From NCBI GenBank assembly GCA_903884265.1, contig CAISEG010000073.1, forward strand, positions 13,957-77,956: a stretch of 64,000 bases of DNA. Reading direction: 5' to 3'. This document shows, in pieces, positions 56,030 to 64,000 of this stretch. The notes beneath the pieces were generated by a model. It searched no databases. It saw nothing but the letters and a program-made list of their open reading frames with translations, and was not told the origin of the DNA. This DNA comes from an uncultured Anaerolineales bacterium. GTDB taxonomy: Bacteria; Chloroflexota; Anaerolineae; Anaerolineales; Villigracilaceae. Each line of letters starts with the position of its first letter. The first letter of the stretch is position 1. The position numbers were made by a program, and so were the translations under genes.

Positions 56030-56577
56030 TTATTCTTCTCCTTGTTATATTTTGAGGTGAGAGAAAATTGGCTGAATTAATGTTAACTTGTTGTTGGTAT
56101 CACCTCCTATTCCATACGAGTCAGGTTTGGCAGAAAACCGTTGATGAACAGGGGAACTGCCCCGATAACGCCTGCATCTTTACCAAAATGGAGGAGAAGA
56201 AGGGCGATTCTCCAAGATTTTTACAAGGCAGACAGCCGTGTGGCAGATTATATTGTCTCTATCTTGGGAGCGCTCTCAACCCTACACACATTATATAGAC
56301 ATATCGATTACAAGTCAACTACTAAACTCTGATGGGTTTATCGGTATCAAGAATTAATTTCCTTTATCCGGAATTTTCACAAAGACAAGATGTTTCCTTT
56401 CCACCGGTTCCATAGGGACGGTACACCAGGGAATTAGTGATCCTCTTCTCTAAAAAAGGGGGGTAAAAGGCTGGGAAAGAACCGTTTATTAAACGTGGAT
56501 GCGGGCGCTCTGGGAAAACTTAAACCTGAATATTGATAATCTTAAAGTTTTTCTTTATAAATATCAATATTTACCTA

Positions 56578-56605
56578 TTGACAATTAATATATTTTGTAT
56601 ATAAT
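56578..56605 (+). promoter_or_regulatory. near-consensus promoter of the DUF2089/DUF4097 cluster
   Basis: TTGACA (56578..56583), 16-nt spacer, TATAAT (56600..56605), in an AT-rich gap. Confidence 0.6.
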
Positions 56606-56654
56606 ATCAATTAGATACCTATGGTGCTCTCGCTTTCAAAAAAAAAAGGCTAAT

Positions 56655-56873
56655 ATGAATTCTATCTACAATGCTTATCAAGCCTACGAACGCCGGGTCA
56701 CACGGGGTGAGTTTGTTACCACTCTGAGAACAGCCGGAAAAAGCTCCACTCCCCCTGAGCCCCTGCTCGCCCGTGTAGGTGATCTTCTTATCCACACCGG
56801 CCTGAAACTCAAGCGGCGTTATGCCACCGGTAAGGCCATGGCATGGTCACCGATGACCGGGAGCAAACAATGA
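56655..56873 (+). CDS. 72-aa hypothetical protein, translationally coupled to the DUF2089 gene
   Basis: MNSIYNAYQAYERRVTRGEF... The stop overlaps the next ATG (ATGA at 56870). About 45 nt downstream of the predicted promoter. The SD is weak (AAGG). Confidence 0.4.
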   Translation: MNSIYNAYQAYERRVTRGEFVTTLRTAGKSSTPPEPLLARVGDLLIHTGLKLKRRYATGKAMAWSPMTGSKQ

Positions 56874-57250
56874 AAACAGCCCTGAGTAAATGCCCGGTGT
56901 GTGAAGGTGAACTGACTGTCACCCGCCTGCATTGTGAGACCTGCGACACGGCCATCGAGGGCCGCTTCACTAACGGCGCTTTTGCGGGTCTCACCCCGGA
57001 ACAGTTAGATTTTATTGAAACGTTCGTCCGTTGCGAAGGGAAGATCACCCGTATGGAAGACGAAATGGCGCTTTCCTACCCGACCATTCGCAACCGGCTC
57101 CAGGATGTGATCCGCGCCCTGGGCTACGAACCGGGTAAGGAAGAAGCCAATGACATGTCTGACGAGAAGCGCCGTAGCATTCTCGAAGAACTCGATTCCG
57201 GCAAGATCTCTGCCGAAGAGGCCATGCGCGTCCTGAACGGAGAGGAGTGA
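56870..57250 (+). CDS. DUF2089-type Zn-ribbon/HTH protein with C-terminal SHOCT/LiaX-N-like module
   Basis: CPVCEGELTVTRLHCETCDTAIEGRF (CxxC...CxxC). LTPEQLDFIETFVRCEGKITRMEDEMALSYPTIRNRL (HTH). C-terminus DEKRRSILEELDSGKISAEEAMRVLNGE. Confidence 0.75.
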   Translation: MKTALSKCPVCEGELTVTRLHCETCDTAIEGRFTNGAFAGLTPEQLDFIETFVRCEGKITRMEDEMALSYPTIRNRLQDVIRALGYEPGKEEANDMSDEKRRSILEELDSGKISAEEAMRVLNGEE

Positions 57251-57252
57251 GT

Positions 57253-58485
57253 ATGAAACAACAAACCGTAACCGCCATCCCGACACCCAACATCGTGATC
57301 AAATCCATTCCCGGCGACCTGCGTGTTGCCGGATGGGATCGCTCCGAGATCATGGTCAAGACGGACGGGGATGGGCTGGAAATCTCTGCCGAGACGGACC
57401 CAATCGTTATCTCCTGTAATGAAGACCTGATCCTTTATGTTCCACGCAGCGCTAACGTAAACGTGGAAAAAGTTTCCGGCGACGCCATCCTGCAAGCCTT
57501 GCACGGCCCAATCACACTTGGGCCAGTAGCAGGCGACCTTACCATGAATGACCTCGGCCCGGTCAGCTTGGGGACGATTGCAGGGGACGCCAGCTTGCGG
57601 AATATCGGTGCCTTGAACGCCGAGAGCATCAGCGGCGACCTCACCCTCCGCGGCGGACACGGTATCTGTGCGGTGGACAAGGTGGGTGGAGACGGATCGA
57701 TCCGCGACGTGGATGGCATGCTGACCATCGATAACGTTGGATCAGACCTTTATGTACGGAATGTGCATGGCGCAGTGACCGTCAAAGCCGGGGCGGATGT
57801 AGCTTTCTACGTTTCCCCGGTCCCCGGCCAGATCTACGATGTGACCGCCGGAGACGATTTGATCGTACGCCTCGCCCCGGATGCCAACATCAAACTCCAT
57901 CTGAACGCAGCTTCTCGTGATTCGATCCAGGTTGATTTTCCCGGTGTTGAATTGCCTGAAGATTGCAGCTCCTGCGAAGTGATCCTTGGCCAACAGGCAG
58001 AGGGCATGGCAGAGATGCTCCTGACCGCCAGCGGCGACCTGCTGGTGACCAGCCAGGCCGATCCATGGGAATCAGCTGCCGATTTCGACAGTGGCAACTG
58101 GCACATTCCTTCCATCCCACCCATTCCCCCGATCCCCCCCCTGCCCCCGGATTTCTCCGAGCGCATCAACCGGCGCGTGCAAGCCTCCATGGAGCGGGCC
58201 CAGGTGCATATGGAAGCGGCCAGCCACCGCACCGAGGCCAAGGTCCAGGCCGCCATGCGCCGGGCCGAAATGAAGGCACGCGCGGCCGAAGTTCGTGTCC
58301 GACGCGGGGCTCAGGTCAATGTCAATGTAGGGCGGTGGAATTGGGACCTCTCTCCGCACGGGCCGGTGGAAACAGATGAAGCCGTCTCAGATGACGAACG
58401 CCTGATCATCCTGCGCATGCTGCAGGAAAAGAAAATCAGTCTTGCAGAAGCCGAGAAACTGCTGGCGGCTCTGGAAAGTAAATGA
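57253..58485 (+). CDS. DUF4097 (LiaG/YvlB-like beta-helix) protein with poly-Pro linker, coiled coil and C-terminal SHOCT/LiaX-N-like module
   Basis: Repeated V(S/A)GD(L/A) rungs (VSGDAIL, VAGDLTM, IAGDASL, ISGDLTL, VGGDGSI). IPSIPPIPPIPPLPP. C-terminus DDERLIILRMLQEKKISLAEAEKLLAALESK. Confidence 0.75.
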   Translation: MKQQTVTAIPTPNIVIKSIPGDLRVAGWDRSEIMVKTDGDGLEISAETDPIVISCNEDLILYVPRSANVNVEKVSGDAILQALHGPITLGPVAGDLTMNDLGPVSLGTIAGDASLRNIGALNAESISGDLTLRGGHGICAVDKVGGDGSIRDVDGMLTIDNVGSDLYVRNVHGAVTVKAGADVAFYVSPVPGQIYDVTAGDDLIVRLAPDANIKLHLNAASRDSIQVDFPGVELPEDCSSCEVILGQQAEGMAEMLLTASGDLLVTSQADPWESAADFDSGNWHIPSIPPIPPIPPLPPDFSERINRRVQASMERAQVHMEAASHRTEAKVQAAMRRAEMKARAAEVRVRRGAQVNVNVGRWNWDLSPHGPVETDEAVSDDERLIILRMLQEKKISLAEAEKLLAALESK

Positions 58486-58488
58486 CAT

Positions 58489-58626
58489 TTCCTTCCTATC
58501 CTCGTGCCCCTCTTCCCGAGGGAGGGGCCGGGGACAGGAAAAAACAAGACTCCCTTCCTCGCGCCCCCTCCCCGCCCACTTGGGGGGATGCTTCGTAAAG
58601 GGAAAGGCCGGGGACTGGTAAAAACA
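58489..58626 (+). repeat. imperfect tandem duplication of a CU-rich/GA-rich ~70-80-nt intergenic unit
   Basis: The 21-nt cores GGCCGGGGACAGGAAAAAACA (58526..58546) and GGCCGGGGACTGGTAAAAACA (58606..58626) match at 19/21 positions. Each is preceded by CCTTCCT...GCCCCTC...AGGGA(G/A) segments able to pair. Confidence 0.55.
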
Positions 58627-58636
58627 GGAGAGAGCG

Positions 58637-59305
58637 ATGACTGACCAGGAACGTGAACAAGTACTCAAAATGATTGAAAATGGCACGATCTCGCCGGAAG
58701 ACGGCCTGAAATTGATGCAAACTCTCGACCAGAGCCCGGCCGAAGACGAAGAAATCGTTGGCAAAACGGGAGTGGGTGTCGTACCCACAGAGGCTGCCGA
58801 AAAAGACGGGGTTGAGGAGCAGACCGAAAAGTCCAATTTCGGTAAAGACCCGCGCATCGCCAGCGTCAAAAACGCAGTCCGCCGTCTTTGGCAAATACCC
58901 CTGTGGATCGGCGTAGCCATCACCATCCTGAGCGCGTGGGGAATGTACACCATGGTGCAGGCCTCCAGGCTCAATTTCTGGTTCTACTGTTTGAGCGCCC
59001 CGCTTCTTTTGGGAGTACTAGTGATCGTGGCTGCCATCGGTAGCCGCAAGGCACGCTGGATCTTTGTGGATGTGCATCAGAAACCGGATGAGAAACCGGC
59101 CCATATTTTCCTGGGATTCCCCCTCCCGCTCAAACTTGCCGCATGGTTCCTGCGCACGTTCGGCCATTTCATCCCCGACCTGAAAAAGACGAATGTGGAC
59201 GAGGTGATCGAGATGGTTGAAACCGGTTTCACCGGCGAGGAGCCACTGGTGGTCAATGTGGATGAAGGCGAGGACGGCGAGCGCGTGCAAGTTTACATTG
59301 GATAA
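58637..59305 (+). CDS. membrane protein: N-terminal SHOCT/LiaX-N-like module, two TM helices, C-terminal acidic domain
   Basis: MTDQEREQVLKMIENGTISPEDGLKLMQTLDQS. TM helices PLWIGVAITILSAWGMYTMV and FWFYCLSAPLLLGVLVIVAAI. The C-terminus ...PLVVNVDEGEDGERVQVYIG is paralogous to the next gene. Confidence 0.7.
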   Translation: MTDQEREQVLKMIENGTISPEDGLKLMQTLDQSPAEDEEIVGKTGVGVVPTEAAEKDGVEEQTEKSNFGKDPRIASVKNAVRRLWQIPLWIGVAITILSAWGMYTMVQASRLNFWFYCLSAPLLLGVLVIVAAIGSRKARWIFVDVHQKPDEKPAHIFLGFPLPLKLAAWFLRTFGHFIPDLKKTNVDEVIEMVETGFTGEEPLVVNVDEGEDGERVQVYIG

Positions 59306-59382
59306 GATATTTACTGGGAATCCAACAATAAAGAGATCAAAGATAGTTAGTCAATTGGTTATTATTTAGCAAGGAGGATCAC

Positions 59383-59754
59383 ATGGCTACCACTGAAGAA
59401 CGTATGAAGATCTTGATGATGATTGAGCAGGGTAAAGTAAGCGCAGAAGAGGGAGCCAAGTTACTGGCAGCACTGGCCAGTGCCAACCGTCCCTTGGGCG
59501 GGCTTTCAGCCAGCGGCGCTAAATGGCTGCGCGTGCGTGTCACCGATGGCGCCAGCGGACGCTCGAAAGCCACCGTGCAGATCCCGATCAGTCTGATGGA
59601 AGCTGGGATGAAGATTGGCGCGCATTTCGCTCCCGAAATCGACGGAGTTAACATGGATCAACTTATGGAGGCTCTGCGCTCCGGTATGACCGGTAAGATC
59701 ATCGATGTGACCGATGATGAAGATGGCGAACACGTGGAAATATTCGTTGAATAA
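59383..59754 (+). CDS. soluble paralogue: SHOCT/LiaX-N-like module plus the same C-terminal acidic domain
   Basis: MATTEERMKILMMIEQGKVSAEEGAKLLAALASA. WLRVRVTD...IPISLMEAGMKIG...KIIDVTDDEDGEHVEIFVE aligns with the C-terminus of 58637..59305. AAGGAGG SD. Confidence 0.7.
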   Translation: MATTEERMKILMMIEQGKVSAEEGAKLLAALASANRPLGGLSASGAKWLRVRVTDGASGRSKATVQIPISLMEAGMKIGAHFAPEIDGVNMDQLMEALRSGMTGKIIDVTDDEDGEHVEIFVE

Positions 59755-59933
59755 TAGCCGATTGATAGCAGGCCAATAGGTAGCCGGCCTGCAAATGTGG
59801 TTTACTGCATCCAGTAAAAATCGATGATCTTTCATGTACATAATGGCCCGGAGAAAACGGGACTTAGGTCCAGCTTCTTATGCAGTAGCCTGTCAACTGG
59901 CTGGAATTCAACCAAAGAAAGAAGGAGCATGCC

Positions 59934-60842
59934 ATGTCTGAAACCCTTGAAAAAAAGTTCCCTGTTACATTACCGGCGCGGCTCAACCTGAGCAACATCC
60001 GCGGCTCGGTGGAAATTCGCCCAAGCGATGACGGCTTCATCCAGGTGACGACCACCAAGCAGCCCCATACGGGGGATGAAAAGCGCACCGAGATCGAGAT
60101 TACCCAGGAAGCGGATGGGACTGTCAAGGCGGCTACACGCTTTCCAGACGGCTGGAACTGGCTGTTCGGTTCCCAACCTTGTGTTGTGGATTATAAAGTG
60201 ACAGCACCGCGTCATTGTTCCATTAAGGTAAACGGGGTAAGCAACACAGTCCTTGCTGAAGGATTCGAGGGCGATACCACTGTGAATTCGGTCAGCGGAG
60301 AGATCACAATCCGCGACCTGAAAGGTTCCGTGCGGATTCACACCGTCAGCGGGGACGCCGACGGAGAACGCATCACCGGTTCGTTGGACCTGGATACAGT
60401 ATCAGGAAATATGACATTGCTCGATTCCGTCCTGAGCTCGATCAAAGGCAACACCGTCAGCGGCGACATGCAGATCCGCACTCCGTTGACCGAAGGCCCC
60501 TACTATTTCAAATCGGTATCCGGCCAGGTCCGTCTGACCGTGCCGGCCAACAGCCACTGCACGGCTGAATTGCACAGCGTTAGCGGCGACCTGGTCTCAA
60601 CCTTCCCGATTACCGGGGCTTCCCGTCATCGCGGAAACCAGGCGGTCAACGTTCAAGGCGGTGGGGTAAAAATTTCCCTGCACAGCGTATCAGGTGACCT
60701 GTCGCTGGAATGTGACGAAGAAATTCCAGCTGTGGCAGAACTGGTAAAAACCACCTCCAGTGAAGAGCGCCGGTCAGTGCTGGAACGCGTCGAACGCGGC
60801 GAACTTACTGTTGATGAGGCGCTGGGCCAGCTGCATAAGTAA
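59934..60842 (+). CDS. second DUF4097 beta-helix protein with C-terminal SHOCT/LiaX-N-like module
   Basis: VSGEITI, VSGDADG, VSGNMTL, VSGDMQI, VSGQVRL, VSGDLVS and VSGDLSL rungs. C-terminus SEERRSVLERVERGELTVDEALGQLHK. Confidence 0.75.
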   Translation: MSETLEKKFPVTLPARLNLSNIRGSVEIRPSDDGFIQVTTTKQPHTGDEKRTEIEITQEADGTVKAATRFPDGWNWLFGSQPCVVDYKVTAPRHCSIKVNGVSNTVLAEGFEGDTTVNSVSGEITIRDLKGSVRIHTVSGDADGERITGSLDLDTVSGNMTLLDSVLSSIKGNTVSGDMQIRTPLTEGPYYFKSVSGQVRLTVPANSHCTAELHSVSGDLVSTFPITGASRHRGNQAVNVQGGGVKISLHSVSGDLSLECDEEIPAVAELVKTTSSEERRSVLERVERGELTVDEALGQLHK

Positions 60843-61047
60843 GGGCCCTGACAAAACCTGTCCCTTTATTTAGAACCAGGTTCTGCTAATAATTTTAGAG
60901 TGGGATCCTTGAAGGTGGGACTGGTCCCCGAGCTGAGTTTGAGCCCGAAGATTCCCAAAACATACAGCCCGGGATTGGGTGCTGGCAAACCCACCAATCC
61001 CGGTTATTCTATGCAGAATTCCTGAATTCACCCCTTTGGATAAGAAG

Positions 61048-62412
61048 ATGGAAAATTCCTCGCCCAAACCCCTCAAACGCCCCGCCGGTATGACTGGTTT
61101 CAGCATCGTCTTCGTGGGGCAGCTTATTTCCGTCGTCGCCACACAGATGACTAGCTTTGCCCTGACCCTGTGGATCTATGGGAAAACGAGCAGTGCCACG
61201 GCTTTGGGACTGGCACAGGTTTTCTATATCGTGCCGTTCCTGATCATCTCCCCCATCGCCGGAGCAATGGTGGACCGTTATAACCGTAAACTCATGATGA
61301 TGATCAGCGATATCGGAGCAGGACTGGCGACCACGATCCTCCTGGTCATTTCTGCGCTGGGAATACTTCAACTCTGGTACCTATACGCAGTCATGACGAT
61401 CATGGGACTGGTCGGCGCATTCCAATGGCCGGCCTATTCAGCCGCGATCACCACCATGGTTTCGAAAGAGCAGCTCGGCCGGGCGAATGGGATGATGTCA
61501 CTTATCGACGCTGGTCCGGGTGTGATCGCTCCGCTCTTGGCCGGAGCACTGATTGGCTTCATCAAGCTGACCGGGATCCTGGTGATAGATGTGGTGACTT
61601 ACGGTATTGCGATCCTGTCACTTGCAATCGTCTTTGTCCCACAGCCAGCGCACACCGAAGAGGGTGAAAAGGCAAAAAGTAACATCTGGAAGGAATCCAT
61701 CTTTGGTTTCAAATACATTTTCGCCCGTCGTGGACTTCTTGGATTGCTATGCATTTTCCTGGTTGGAAACCTTTTCTCCGGCATCGCCGGTACACTCTTT
61801 GCCCCGGTCATACTGGCCCGCACCAGCAACAACAGTGTCATGATGGGCACTGTCCAATCCACAGCGGCCATCGCCGCAGTGGCAGGCGGATTGATTATGA
61901 GCGTCTGGGGGGGTTTCAAACGCCGCATCACCGGGGTGGTATTGGGCTGGGGGCTTTCGTCCCTATTTGGTATGATGCTGTTCGGTTTCGGGCGGAGCTT
62001 GGTCGTCTGGATCCCCACTGTCATGTTCATGACCGTCTTCGGCGCATTGATCAACGGTTCCAGCCAAGCCATCTGGCAGTCCAAGGTTGAACCCGACCTG
62101 CAGGGACGCGTCTTTGCTTCCCGCCGGATGATCGCCTGGATCACGCAACCGATCACTCCCATCATCGCCGGGACACTGGCCGATTATGTTTTGGAACCGG
62201 CTATGAAAACGCAGACCAGCCTCTCCAATATCTTCGGTCCATACTTCGGCACCGGGCCCGGAGCTGGGATGGGCTTGTTGATTACCCTGTGCGGTATCGG
62301 TTGCGTGCTTACCGCCATCGTCGGATACTCCTTGCCGGTCATCCGCAATGTGGAGGACTCCGTGCCCGACCACGACCGGCTGAATAAAGCCGAAGCTGTT
62401 CCAGCTGATTGA
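61048..62412 (+). CDS. MFS transporter (MFS_3/EntS-macrolide-efflux-like)
   Basis: 12 TM helices. Loop 2-3 motif GAMVDRYNRKLMM. Start taken as the ATG at 61048 (MENSSPKPL). Confidence 0.8.
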   Translation: MENSSPKPLKRPAGMTGFSIVFVGQLISVVATQMTSFALTLWIYGKTSSATALGLAQVFYIVPFLIISPIAGAMVDRYNRKLMMMISDIGAGLATTILLVISALGILQLWYLYAVMTIMGLVGAFQWPAYSAAITTMVSKEQLGRANGMMSLIDAGPGVIAPLLAGALIGFIKLTGILVIDVVTYGIAILSLAIVFVPQPAHTEEGEKAKSNIWKESIFGFKYIFARRGLLGLLCIFLVGNLFSGIAGTLFAPVILARTSNNSVMMGTVQSTAAIAAVAGGLIMSVWGGFKRRITGVVLGWGLSSLFGMMLFGFGRSLVVWIPTVMFMTVFGALINGSSQAIWQSKVEPDLQGRVFASRRMIAWITQPITPIIAGTLADYVLEPAMKTQTSLSNIFGPYFGTGPGAGMGLLITLCGIGCVLTAIVGYSLPVIRNVEDSVPDHDRLNKAEAVPAD

Positions 62413-62445
62413 TCCGGCTCGTACGCATATAAAGGCAGAGAGAAT

Positions 62446-63210
62446 ATGAGTCCTAAAACAGTTGAAAAGCCCGAATATGGGAACTGGGTTTCAAAGAAAT
62501 TTATCTATATGCCCGGAACGATCGGCATCGTATGTCTGGGGTTGACATTCCTGTCGGCCTGGTGGGCCATCCCAGCCGTCATTTTTCTGGTCATTGCGGC
62601 ATATTTTTTATACGCCCGCACCCTGTTTTCCCCTCAAGGCGGAGACATCCAGAACCGAATCCGCGCCTTGGTCCTGGAGCACCTGGACTGGGATGGGAAC
62701 GGGCAGGTACTGGACATCGGTTGCGGGAACGCTGCCCTGACCATCGCCCTCGCCCACAAATATCCCCGGGCCGCGGTAACCGGCATTGACTACTGGGGCG
62801 GCAACTGGGAATACTCGCAGGCTGTCTGTGAAAAGAATGCACAGCTTGAAAAGGTTGGGGAACGCGCCACCTTCCGAAAGGTCAGCGCCTCGAAATTGCC
62901 TTTTGACAACGAAAGCTTTGACGCAGTGGCGAGCAATCTCACTTTCCATGAGGTCAGCGATTCTGCCGACAAACGGGATCTTGTCCGGGAGGCTCTGCGG
63001 GTGGTCAAAAAGGGAGGCAAATTCGCATTCCAGGATTTATTCCTGATGAAGCCGGTATATGGGGAAGCGCAGGAATTGCTGGAAACGATTCGAAGTTGGG
63101 GGATCGAAAAGGTCGAATTTATTGAAACACGCCAGGCGGACTTCATCCCAGACGCGCTGAAACTGCCGTTCATGGTTGGAACCCTGGGTCTGATCGTTGG
63201 AAAGAAATAA
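62446..63210 (+). CDS. class I SAM-dependent methyltransferase with two N-terminal TM helices
   Basis: Motif I VLDIGCGNAALTIAL, and post-I/II blocks VTGIDYW and FDAVASNLTFHEV. Confidence 0.75.
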   Translation: MSPKTVEKPEYGNWVSKKFIYMPGTIGIVCLGLTFLSAWWAIPAVIFLVIAAYFLYARTLFSPQGGDIQNRIRALVLEHLDWDGNGQVLDIGCGNAALTIALAHKYPRAAVTGIDYWGGNWEYSQAVCEKNAQLEKVGERATFRKVSASKLPFDNESFDAVASNLTFHEVSDSADKRDLVREALRVVKKGGKFAFQDLFLMKPVYGEAQELLETIRSWGIEKVEFIETRQADFIPDALKLPFMVGTLGLIVGKK

Positions 63211-63262
63211 CAGGAAGAGAGCCAGCATTTCTACTTCCATTCTTCCAAAACAGGAGAAAGAT

Positions 63263-64000
63263 ATGCGAGACCGAATTCAGGAAGCTTTAAAACGCAGTAA
63301 AGCCGACTATACCGAAATCCGCATTGAAGAGAAAGAGACCACCCGGGTAGTCTTTCGCGGCAAAGACCTGGAAGTGGCGAATGCGAATATCGATAAGGGT
63401 GGCATTGTCCGCAGCCTGATCAAGAACAAAGGCTGGGGAGTGGTCAGCTTCAACAACCTGGACGACCTGTTCACCAAAGTGGACCAGGCTTACCAATGCG
63501 CCCAGGTGGGCTCCGCGCCCGAGCCGATCGAACTGGCTTCGGTGGAACCTGTCGAAAAGATCACCACGGTCGAGATGAAACGCGATTTTCGCGACATCCC
63601 GCTGGCCGAGAAAAAAGCCCTGGCTGAGCGCTACAACCAGGTGGTGCTGAGTCACAGCCGCAAGATCGTCGACACCCAGGCTGTCTACTCGGACATTTTC
63701 ACCCACCTCATCCTGGCCAATTCTGAAGGGACGTACATTGAACAGGAAAAACCATCCGTGGTTGTCGGGACCACGGCCATCGCCCGGGATGGGGAGAACG
63801 TCCAACAGGCACACGATTCGCTGGCCACCACCCAAGGCTATGAGTATGTGCTCGACAAGGATGAATTAGCCCGAAAAACCGCTCAGAAAGCCGTCGAACT
63901 GCTGGATGCGCAATCAATTAAGGCCGGGCAGTATACCGTTGTCGCTGACCAGATGCTGGCAGGCGTCTTCATCCACGAAGCCTTCGGTCATCTCTCCGAA
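63263..64000 (+). CDS. TldD/PmbA-family metalloprotease; N-terminal 246 codons, continues past the right edge
   Basis: Not in the ORF track because there is no stop in the window. ATG at 63263 after AGGAGAAAG. MRDRIQEALKRSKADYTEIRIEEKETTRVVFRGKDLE... ends with the metal-binding motif FIHEAFGHLSE. Confidence 0.8.
   Translation, partial: MRDRIQEALKRSKADYTEIRIEEKETTRVVFRGKDLEVANANIDKGGIVRSLIKNKGWGVVSFNNLDDLFTKVDQAYQCAQVGSAPEPIELASVEPVEKITTVEMKRDFRDIPLAEKKALAERYNQVVLSHSRKIVDTQAVYSDIFTHLILANSEGTYIEQEKPSVVVGTTAIARDGENVQQAHDSLATTQGYEYVLDKDELARKTAQKAVELLDAQSIKAGQYTVVADQMLAGVFIHEAFGHLSE

Noticed and set aside
56068-56332. Two overlapping small ORFs (76 and 63 aa) upstream of the ABC operon
   Set aside because: They lie in the promoter and 5' region of the minus-strand operon. 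They have no SD or coupling and a hydrophobic/odd composition.
1-64000. Scan for CRISPR arrays, IS elements/transposases, integrases, phage genes, toxin-antitoxin pairs, defence-system ATPases/nucleases, rRNA and tRNA genes
   Set aside because: None was seen. There are no spaced direct-repeat arrays, no DDE/tyrosine-recombinase-like ORFs, and no tRNA T-loop consensus outside coding regions.

Overview
This 64 kb window has about 54% GC, is densely coding, and looks like a chromosomal housekeeping region. Gene content suggests a Chloroflexota/Anaerolineae-like bacterium, but this is a low-confidence inference. I found no rRNA genes, tRNA genes, CRISPR arrays, transposases or integrases.

The core (8.4-25.9 kb) is a complete division/cell-wall (dcw) cluster: mraZ-rsmH-ftsL-ftsI-murF-mraY-murD-ftsW-murG-cvpA-like-murC-orf62-murB-ddl-ftsQ-ftsA-ftsZ. 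A textbook triple GTGGGA MraZ operator sits upstream. The cluster has no murE.

Other housekeeping genes are obg, argS, rpsT (with a long Lys/Ala-rich tail), recG, coaD, an autoregulated lexA with a GAAC-N4-GTTC box, a sugar ABC importer, an aldo/keto reductase, and a glycerate kinase/hydroxypyruvate reductase pair.

The most interesting items are:
1. A PRX_like2 thiol peroxidase gene that the ORF track splits. It reads through an in-frame TGA exactly at the first Cys of its CxxC motif (U-P-F-C), and a GC hairpin follows at SECIS distance. This is a probable selenoprotein.
2. A CarH/LitR-type B12 photoreceptor regulator. Its divergent intergenic region carries two consensus promoters whose -35 hexamers lie in the two arms of a perfect 9-bp inverted repeat. 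One promoter faces a tightly packed 9-gene operon with a membrane His-rich protein, SDR, MFS, two hydrolases, PPOX, a TspO-like protein, the Sec-peroxiredoxin and a DUF120-like protein. The operon has no carotenoid genes.
3. A six-gene cluster (DUF2089 Zn-ribbon/HTH, two DUF4097 beta-helix proteins, and a membrane/soluble paralogue pair). Five consecutive proteins in it share the same roughly 30-aa SHOCT/LiaX-N-like helical module.

Smaller oddities are listed in the findings.
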